A stretch of DNA of 63,973 nt, counting the filler, from Reclinomonas americana ATCC 50394 (Eukaryota): NCBI GenBank assembly GCA_048213135.1. It is 7 parts of 3 records of this genome, joined end to end, with 100 filler letters (N's around TTAATTAATTAA, not from the genome) between each part and the next. Parts side by side here need not be neighbours in the genome. Positions count along the whole stretch, not along the records: positions 1 to 27,337 come from PS015111.1; 6 more parts are not named here. One strand, 5' to 3'. The notes beneath the pieces were generated by a model. The model made no database searches. It worked only from the letters and a program-made list of their open reading frames with translations, and had not been told where the DNA came from. Shown here in pieces: positions 1 to 8,580 of this stretch (positions within the stretch are counted from its first letter, which is position 1; the number at the start of each line of letters is the position of its first letter). A program made the translations under genes and the position numbers.

Positions 1-42
1 GTTGATATTCTCCCAAGTGAGAACTGGACTGTCTTCGGCTGA

Positions 43-91
43 TTTAGCAGACTACTTCTGACAGTTGAAGAAGGAGCCATCTGTCCTCTCC
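43..91. repeat. Probable internal complementary region (ICR), or diverged right inverted repeat, of the DIRS element
   Basis: Its reverse complement shares blocks GGAGAGGACAGATGGCTCCT (20 nt), TCAACTGTC and AGTCTGCTAAA with 8147-8192. Confidence 0.75.
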
Positions 92-289
92 TCCCTGTCG
101 CTGTCCAATCCACTCCTTGCAGGAGTCGCCAAGAGTCCAACTACCCTGAAGTCGACAACAGTGCCACAACCAACACTGCAGCATTCCCAACTCCACCGAA
201 GTCCCTCTTCAAAACACGACAACAGACATCCCGCCAAAAAGCTCCATCAATCCCATTATCACAATGCCAACTCGACCGCTCCGGTCGGT

Positions 290-3200
290 CTAGAGTCCCA
301 TAGACACGGTCAAGTTGTTCGAACGGCCCGACGTCCTGTCAAACTCCCTTGCTTGCCGCACCAACTTCTCAACCGCCCCACTGCCACTGTCCTCCACTAA
401 CGCTTCGTCGGCCACCATCTCCCTCTCCCAGTCGTGCTCCAGCTCGCTGACTCTGGCGTACCTCACGACCACTGCAGACTTCGCCGCGAAGCCTGCCATC
501 GCAGTCGCCATGTCTCGCGACACGCCGGCAGCGACCATCAACGTCACACCAGTAACGCGAAGTGTGTGGCTGGCCACGCGATCCACCGGCATTCCAACTA
601 CCTTCGCTGCCTCCTTGACCACCTCGGTGAACCGCAATAAAGCACGTACTCTCGGTTTCGAATACGACGGTGCCGACAAGAAGAGAGTCTTGCTCTCAGC
701 AGCGTACTTGGGATTCAACTGGCCCTCAATGCTCGGTCTCCACATGTTGATATATCTCGACATTAGAGTCACCGGACACGTCCACTCACAAGAACCTCTT
801 CCCACCACATAAGCGTCACTCCTACTCCCAGACTGCTTGTTCTTCCGCCACCGCATCCACACCGTCATCGTGTCATTGCCGAAGTCAATGTCGTCCGTAG
901 TGAGTCTCATCAAATCCGACTCCCGAAGACACAGACGAACACCCAGCATGATGATCGACAAGTTGCGCCCGATCATGTACCACCGAGCCTTCCCCTTAGC
1001 TCCCTTCGCCTCGGCCGCACTGAGTTCGGCAGCCCATCTCAACGCTACCTTCCTCAGCGTAGATATGCTGAACGGTACATGCAGCAACTTCTGTGTCTCC
1101 ACATTCGACGCCTCCGAGCTCTTGATTCGTTTCATCCCAAGTAGAACACTAGCGTTAAAGGCATTCCATGGGCTGGCAAGTCCGTTAAGAAGGTGTATCG
1201 CCTTGGCCGCACCGATCACGCCACACACCGCAGAAAGACTCACCCGCTCGGCACACAGTTCCACCATCATGAGCCTCATCGCGTCGGCGCTACCATGAAG
1301 CACCTCCAGTCCCTTCCGCTGACAATACGATGTGTACAACCCCCACGACCTCTCCCTCTGCTTACGAGTTGACTCCGCGAGACTGGCGGCGGCCAGTCTC
1401 TCCAACAACTCACTAACTGCTTCCTCGCCGGCAGCCACTGCCGCCGCCAAGGTGTTCCTCAAGTAGTCCCGTCTACCAGATACATGCTGACTGACCATCC
1501 CCCTGTCGCCCAGTCGCGACATGGTTCCAACACCGAGTAATCGGGAGCTGGAGCGAAGTGCACCCACGGTGTTCTGTCCATCTTCAGCTTGCTCCCTTGC
1601 TTCATGCTCTTGAGCAGCGACCAAAAGTCCATCGCCTTCCACTTGGGTACCAAGCATACTGCTCGTGCCCGTGAATCCTTGATTACCCGCAGAATGCGTG
1701 TCAGCAGAGAGAACGGTGCCACGACCAAGTTCAGTGGCTCCTCCGCCCAGTTCGTAGCTGCCAACGCGTCCCTGCCCCGCACCTCCAAAGTGTTGTACCG
1801 CTCGCAGCGCTTGTTCGCGCTGTTGGCGAACCTGTCGCACGTAAACACTCCAAACCTGTTCACTATGCGCTTCCATGCGACGTCCGTCAGCGTCCACTCT
1901 CCCATCCGCATGGAGCGAGAGAGCTGATCCGCCAGTCCATTCGCTTCTGAGACCAGCCAACGAGGACGCAACATCGTGATGTTGTTCTGATGCGCCAGTA
2001 GCCAAATATCTCTCGCCACTTGTTCCATCCCCACATTCGCGCTCCTGCCGTTGCGGAGACAGGCTGCGGCGTTGGAAGAGTCCGTAACTACTCTTATCAC
2101 CGTGTTCGCCAGGTAACCCTTCCAGTACTGCAGCGCCAGTAGCACCGTGTACAACTCCAATAGGGCGATGTGCTCCGATCGACCGTCCACGCCACCAAAC
2201 CGGTCCGGGATCACCGTTGACTCCCACGAACCCTGAATCCACATGCTCGCCAAGTGTGCTCCCCATCCCGACAGAGAGGCGTCCGTTGTCAATTCCACGA
2301 ACAAGGGACCGCTCAACGAACCCAACAGAGGAGAGTGCCGAATCGTCCTCTTGTTGCTCCCTGTCAAGTGTCGCGCTCCAAACGCCAATGTGTCCGCCTC
2401 TGCGTCTCCCAAGCGCGCTAGCCTCCGACCCCTCGGGTCTCCAAGTCGATCCCACACGCCATCCAGCCACCGTAGCAGCTGAATGGTCACTAACTTCGCC
2501 ACCCGACACCCTCGGTCCGCCCATGAAAGTTTCCCAGTCAGAGACGCAACTGTTGAGATCTCCACTTCCTGTCCACATCGCTGACTCTGTAACAAGTCCC
2601 TGCATTGCTGCTGCATCGCCGCCAGCTTGGGTGGAGGCACCCTCACCCACCATTTCGACGAAGCTGTGTGGTACTGAAACCCCAAAAACTGAAACTTCAT
2701 GCTCGGCTCCAGCACTGACTTCTCCTCCGCCACTTGTATGGCGAGGAGGCGTAACAACTGAAGCGTAACGCGCAGGTCGTTCTTCAATGTCTCTGCGTCC
2801 CGTGCCAGCAAAATGAGGTCGTCGAGGTATGCTATGACCGTGATTGAGCGGCGGCGCAGGTATCCCACCACTAGGCGCACCATCATTGTAAAGCACAGAG
2901 GGGCGAGGCAATGACCAAACACCAGCACCTGCTGCGTGTACACTTGGCCCTCCAGCTCGAAAGCCATCAAATTGGCCAACTCCTCCGACAGCATCGCGCC
3001 GTGATACCCACTGCGGAAGTCCAGTGTCACCGCCACGTTGTTCCGCTCTATCAACAGCTCCAACACCGACAAGTCCTCCATCCGCATCGTCCGACGAGAC
3101 GACTTGCGTGCTCCCGTCGACCGGTAGTACTCGTTGAGTGCTCGCAGATCGTGAATCGGTCGCCTCTTGCCGTTCGACTTGGGTACCGTAAACATTGGAG

Positions 3201-6200
3201 ACAACCACACCGTGCTCGACTCCGGCAACACGGCGCGTCTCGCCACTCCCGTACGGAGCCAGTCTGGCAACTCGTGCTGAAAAAACGCTCTGTCCAGTTC
3301 CGACGGTGAATGCCGAGCCAGCGACTGCACCGGTTGTCGCTGCGGCAAATCCCGCACCGGCCGTAGATGGATGCCAAACCGTGTCCACGCCGCCGGGCGC
3401 GCAAACGAACTCTGAACCACTCGCGATCCCAACACCGTGCTGAACGATTCCTCCGCCATATCGTCGCACTGAGGTCCCGACAGCACCCAGGCGAGAGTCT
3501 GCCATGCCAGCGTTCCGCGTGAAAAGGAACCCGCTGTTGCCGTGCGGTCTGGGAAGCGACTCAACAGTTCCGGTGGTCCCTCCCACAGACGAATCACGGC
3601 GGGCGTTCCGAAAAAACTGACTCACGTCCGCGCCATACACAGCCGCCGAATCCCATCCTGTCGGCACCGCCGACAACGGCCACCGGGCCAGCTCCTCAGT
3701 ACTAACTGCCGTAGCCACCGCTGGCGTGAATGGCATGAGCCTCGGTGAGTAGCCCGCACGAGAGTCACTTCCACCGTTGGTGGTAGCCTCCGGGTTGAAT
3801 TGCGTGTCGTCGTCGGCAAAGAGTGCCGACGGCGCAAAAGGGGTGAGCTCCGCGCTGACTCTCTCCATCCACTCCGTGGTAGGATTCCCGGCCTCCTCCA
3901 ACGACACGCAATTGTACGTTCCTTCCACCTCCGTGGTTCTCCTCTCATCCTCCTCCATCGCGCTAACATAACTACTACTCCAACTTCCCTCTGCTACCTT
4001 TCTCCTTTGCAGTCCGCCGCTGCCCACTATGCTACTCTCTCTCTTCTCACCACCATCCCAATCTTGTGACCTCCACGGCCATGTTCTCTCCTCTGCACTC
4101 CCTGTGCCTCTCTCCCTTCCAGCAAGAAACGAGTACTGCGGTCCAGCATTCATTTGAGACGCACTCATTCCCACTGATCCCGCGGCACCGCCGCCTCTTC
4201 CACCACGGAAGCCCTGACCACGGCCCCGTGCCATGTGGCTGTCGCCGCGGAGAAAATTCCCCGACGGCGCGTGGCCGCGGCCTCCGCGTCCACCGCGGAA
4301 GTTCGACTGTGTCAGCTGCTGCCCCATGCCATACGCCGCGGCCTGTCGCTGTTGCTGCTGACGCCACTCCTGCACCATCTGTGGCGCGTGGCCCACCCCG
4401 TGCGCGACCCGCTTCTTGAGTGGTGGCCCGTCTCCCTCGTCGCCACCACCGCCGCCAACAGCAGCGCCAGCACTCCTGCTCATGTCTTTCGACAGGCGCT
4501 TCAGGCGAATCGCCTGTGCCTCCTCGAACGCCTTCGTCACGCACTCTCTGGCCTTGTCAAACAGCTTCGTCTGGAACTTGAGGACACACTCCAACCACTG
4601 CATTCCATCCGTCACATTCGACAGTTCCACCTGGAACGCCGGCCACTCAGCAATCATGAAGTGATTCATCCACAACGACTCGGCACCACTAGCCCAACCG
4701 CCGCCCGCGACACGCTGGAAGAGCGGGCGCGGCACATCGGCTGGCGCCGTGTCCGTCGCCGCCCCACTGAGCTGAGTAATCATGGTCGCTCGAGAACGAA
4801 AGTAGACCTCCGCAGCCTTCTCCAAGTCACCCAGCGTCTGCGCCCGGCGCATGTGAGGGCGATCAAGGCTGGCGTCGCTCTCGTCACCAGCAAGTAGGTC
4901 TATGCGTCCAGAGGCACCACACGCGCTGGCCGTCATTCGCCACTCCTCTGGCGTCACCATGAATAACCATGGTGCCACCTTATTGCGAAAGGTGTCACCC
5001 TCCAGTACCATCTCCTTCGAGATGCCGAGCTGCTCGGGCGTCAGTCTACTGTAGTTCAGTTTGGTCTCCCACGTCGGCACACACCCATGCGCCTGCACGT
5101 ACGACTGCCGTACCACGCTTCCCGCCCCCGTCTTGAAGTCCTTCAAGGTCAACAATCGAGCACCAGGCGCGACGCCAGCCGACATCGTCGACGACGCCGC
5201 CGCAGCGGCGATTCCAGCGGCCAGCGCCGACCCTTGAACTTGCGCGTGTGCCAACGGCACCGTCAGTGGAGCAGAGGCCAGAGCCTCAGAGGTGGACACC
5301 GGCACGACACTCGGAGCCGCTAGAGGTGGTGGTGGTGGCGGTGGAGGTGGCGGTGGAACTGCGACCGACGCAGGTTGCGCTCGGGGTGCCATGTCCACGG
5401 CGAACTGAGCCAAACGCTCGTCAATGCGGCGTACCAACGCCTCTTGCCCGCCTTGGACGCGAACAATCATCGACTCCAGCTCATGGAACCCTTGCTGGAC
5501 GGCGACATCCGTCTGCCACACCGCACGCGAGAGGTACCGCACTTGGTCCGCCATCGCGGTAAACGACACCTCCTCCTCCTCCTCCTCCTCCTCCCCCGCA
5601 GGGTTAGCGGGGCGAGCAGGCGCGCTAACGGCAGGCGCCGCTGCCGTCGCGTGATCCGCCGGCGACTGCGGCCCCGCCATGGCCGCCGCGACAGTGCGCT
5701 CGTGAAGCATGCGACGAGCCTCACCATCCCCCACAGCAGACGCCGCCGACGTGGCACCCGAGGCTGCTGCCGCCGCAGCCGCCTCTGCTGAGCCGCCACC
5801 GGCCGCCACGCCGTCCCCACGAGCAGCCGCCGGCAGCAGGAAGCCCGTCGGTGCCACACCATCGCTCGTCGACGAAGAGCCGATTCCTCCTGTGAGATGT
5901 AGCAAAGGGAGAAGAGAGGAAATCAGTGAGTTCTATGAGGGATGCACCATCATTCCGTGAGTGCACGGCGCACTACGCCATCCCTCTCCCACCCTCCTTC
6001 TCCCCCTCCCCTCAACTCCAGAGCAGAATGAAATACTGAGTGCATGTCGCTCGCCAGAGAACCGTGCGCGAAGGGAAGAGAAACATATACAGCATGACAA
6101 CGCATGCGTGCCCGGGTTACATTCGGGTCACAGCGCACATAGGGAGATAGCAAACGTCGGGGGAGGCATGGTGGGCCACACACGGCTCACACACGACACG

Positions 6201-6478
6201 AGTTTGAGGAGTGATTCGTGAGGAGAGCAACCGAAATAAAGGAGAGCATTTCGGAGCACAGAGATGATGAGGAACGAGGAAACGCTAAAAGACGCCCTCT
6301 TGTGGTCGCAAACGTGCGGACAGACTGCGTACGAGGTAAAGCCCCGCAAAGTGGCGCGCCAAAAGACACCCACCCACGCACCCGCCGTAAATTCGCGTGA
6401 CACTGCCGATCCACCCCCAACGCCCCCTCCACCCCCCTCCGACGCCAAGTTCGACGAACTAGATCCCCCAGCACTCAT
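290..6478 (-). CDS. Gag-like/tyrosine recombinase fusion frame (predicted exons 6478-6382 and 5889-290)
   Basis: Stop-free 1871-codon frame. The N-terminal part is Pro/Ala/RGG-rich and Gag-like. The C-terminus carries YR catalytic motifs LRESDL (R), WRKNK (K), SHTLR (HxxR) and RYAR (Y). The upstream ATG exon joins in frame through a GT-AG intron at 6381-5890. Confidence 0.85.
1459..3621 (-). CDS. Reverse transcriptase-RNase H-methyltransferase-like (Pol), nested in the +1 frame of the Gag-YR ORF
   Basis: RT motifs SPMFTVPK, RPIHDLRALN, LDFRSGY, LVFG, YLDD, FLG. RNase H motifs TTDASLSGWG, HIALLEL, TDSS, NGLADQLSR. MT-like motifs DRFA...N...DA...W...PF...P.W. The frame opens after the TGA at 3624-3622. 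Confidence 0.93.
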   Translation of the reverse strand, partial: VSFFGTPAVIRLWEGPPELLSRFPDRTATAGSFSRGTLAWQTLAWVLSGPQCDDMAEESFSTVLGSRVVQSSFARPAAWTRFGIHLRPVRDLPQRQPVQSLARHSPSELDRAFFQHELPDWLRTGVARRAVLPESSTVWLSPMFTVPKSNGKRRPIHDLRALNEYYRSTGARKSSRRTMRMEDLSVLELLIERNNVAVTLDFRSGYHGAMLSEELANLMAFELEGQVYTQQVLVFGHCLAPLCFTMMVRLVVGYLRRRSITVIAYLDDLILLARDAETLKNDLRVTLQLLRLLAIQVAEEKSVLEPSMKFQFLGFQYHTASSKWWVRVPPPKLAAMQQQCRDLLQSQRCGQEVEISTVASLTGKLSWADRGCRVAKLVTIQLLRWLDGVWDRLGDPRGRRLARLGDAEADTLAFGARHLTGSNKRTIRHSPLLGSLSGPLFVELTTDASLSGWGAHLASMWIQGSWESTVIPDRFGGVDGRSEHIALLELYTVLLALQYWKGYLANTVIRVVTDSSNAAACLRNGRSANVGMEQVARDIWLLAHQNNITMLRPRWLVSEANGLADQLSRSMRMGEWTLTDVAWKRIVNRFGVFTCDRFANSANKRCERYNTLEVRGRDALAATNWAEEPLNLVVAPFSLLTRILRVIKDSRARAVCLVPKWKAMDFWSLLKSMKQGSKLKMDRTPWVHFAPAPDYSVLEPCRDWATGGWSVSMYLVDGTT

Positions 6479-7518
6479 TGCAACAGCAGGCGAGGAACGA
6501 CAAAAAACACGCAGACAAGGTTGCACCCCCAAGAAATCGAAAGTCACGCGGAAAAACGAAATTGAACAAGGTCAAGTTGTGGTGGTGTGGTCCTCGCGCA
6601 GCGAGATGAGAGCAAACAAATATGCAGTTAGACAGACGCGGAGTACACCGGAGTCCAACAGTCAAACGACCTGTTTGGGCCAACCCGGAGTAATCCCCTT
6701 TGCGCGACACAAGTTCTCGCAGTTCCTAATTAGGCGCGTCTCCTCTTTCTACCACTTGTCTCTCGGCACCTGAAACCCCACTCTCTATTGGAGCTGTGTC
6801 TCTGCACAAGACTCCCCTGGTGCCAACCCTGACACACAACCACACGTGCGCAGAGCGTTATGAGAGAAACCCTCTGCACACAAAGACGGAAAAGCACAAC
6901 TCACGCGGTGGGCCCTCAGGCTCCAATTAAATAGTCAAAACACAGCTCCGAGGCGACGGTGCCTCAGCACTCACACGCACTCGCACGCAAAGGAATAAAG
7001 GGGAGCTAGTGATGACGCGGGAACAAGAAAACACAGGCCGCGAGAAAAAGAAGCCAGTGAGTCTCGCGAGTGGAGATGTGCCGCAACCTGCGTCGGCATG
7101 CGAACGACCAATGCCAACCGGCTTGTGGAGAGAAAGGCGACAAAGGGTGCCCCCAGCTTCTTGTGGCCAGTCACCGACCTCCCCACCGCATGCGAGTGGC
7201 GGGAGGTAGTGCTGAGACACCGCTCGGCGACCCCCCTCTCCCCCCTTCTAACCCGGCACAAACTCCCTCAAGAGTGAATAGCGACTTGCCCGCAAGCAAA
7301 GACAGGCAACCACACAATAGCCCCTTGTGTGAGAAAAGGATGCCATAACATAAAGCCGCGCTTTGTAACCATCATCTTTCTTGATGAGACCAGAAGGGGT
7401 GCACCACAGCGGGGATAAAAGAAAAAGAACACAGGGGAAGCGGGCATCCACCCACAGGCTACGTGCAATCCTAGTCAGCATCCCCCTCTGCCAACCCACT
7501 CGCCTCGCCACACCCCAC

Positions 7519-7553
7519 ATACACACACACACACACATCCACCATGACCACTC

Positions 7554-7584
<31 letters not shown>

Positions 7585-7634
7585 ACACACACACACACAC
7601 ACATACACACACACACATACACACACACACACAC
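7519..7634. repeat. Imperfect (CA)n microsatellite within the element's 5' leader
   Basis: Directly visible in the sequence. Confidence 0.9.
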
Positions 7635-8146
7635 CCAACAGCTCCTGTGCGAATCCGCGCAACTCGAGATGTACCACCGCCATGTCCATCACACACACCT
7701 CCACTCAAACACAACACTCCCCAACAAATAACAGTACGAACACCGGCGAGCGAGTGGGGGGCGGCTGCTCACCAGAGCAACCTGGATGGTTTCACTCACG
7801 ACACTCGAAAAGGGTGTGTGAGAGTGACTAACGTGAAAACCTCTGAGTGGACTTCTGCTCTTCAAGCCCGCGACCCTCCCCGCCCCCAACTCCTCCCCTC
7901 CCTCCCCCCTCCCCCGTGCATAGCACGAGGAAAGGAAGAAACCCACACGCTCCTTTCAGGTTTCTCAGTTCCTTCACTGGAATCCACCCAGCACAAACAC
8001 ACAAGGCAGTGTCCTTGACACATCAAGGGCATAACTGTCTGCCTAGCCGCCCCTCCCACACCGAATATCGGTATCGGAAAAGCAACTAGGTGGTCTCCTC
8101 TCACAGAGTAAGGGAGACCACAGAAACAAGCAGTCTTTTGCAGTAC

Positions 8147-8192
8147 GGAGAGGACAGATGGCTCCTGTCAACTGTCCTCGAAGTCTGCTAAA
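8147..8192 (-). repeat. 5' terminus (outer end of left ITR) of the DIRS element
   Basis: Complementarity to 43-91 stops exactly at AAA (TTT on the element strand), the type of trinucleotide usual at DIRS ends. Confidence 0.75.
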
Positions 8193-8282
8193 GCTGCGAC
8201 AGTTGATAAATGTGCTGTTGCGTGTTCGTCAAAAAAGGACTTTTGCATTTTTCGTATTTGTTTAAATTTGCGCCACGAAATC

Positions 8283-8328
8283 CTTTTGAGGCCAACACGC
8301 GTTTGATTGGCTTTGCCTCCTGAAAGGG
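8283..8328. promoter_or_regulatory. 46-bp dispersed element, copy 1 (contains CCAAT box and ACGCGT)
   Basis: Exact reverse complement of 44081-44126. Lies about 250 bp upstream of the ATG at 8581. The regulatory role is inferred. Confidence 0.5.
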
Positions 8329-8580
8329 AAGATGACTGTTGTACACTCACCTGCTTCTTCAGCAGGCAGATGCAAATGCTCTTCCGAATGTGCGACGTTG
8401 CAGTCGACGTCGTTTGACTCCAACGAGCGCATGCGCACTGTGTACACACTGCGCAGCACAACACGTAACACCTCCACTCAAGTGCACAAAACGCACGACG
8501 AAAGAATCCACATGTTTGCCGGAGAATCCCTCGGAGAACGTCGCCGACTTGTCCACACTCACTCATTCTCATTTGTTGCA

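Larger units (their letters stand above)
1..8192 (-). mobile_element. DIRS-like tyrosine-recombinase (YR) retrotransposon, apparently intact; 3' end probably runs off the left edge of the window
   Basis: Encodes RT (YLDD), RNase H, a DIRS-type methyltransferase-like domain and a tyrosine recombinase in overlapping frames. The minus strand begins TTTAGCAGAC at 8192, and 8147-8192 is imperfectly complementary to 43-91, downstream of the YR stop (ICR-like). Confidence 0.92.

Noticed and set aside
315-5960. Plus-strand ORFs antisense to the retrotransposon
   Set aside because: Short GC-rich shadow frames with no recognisable motifs.
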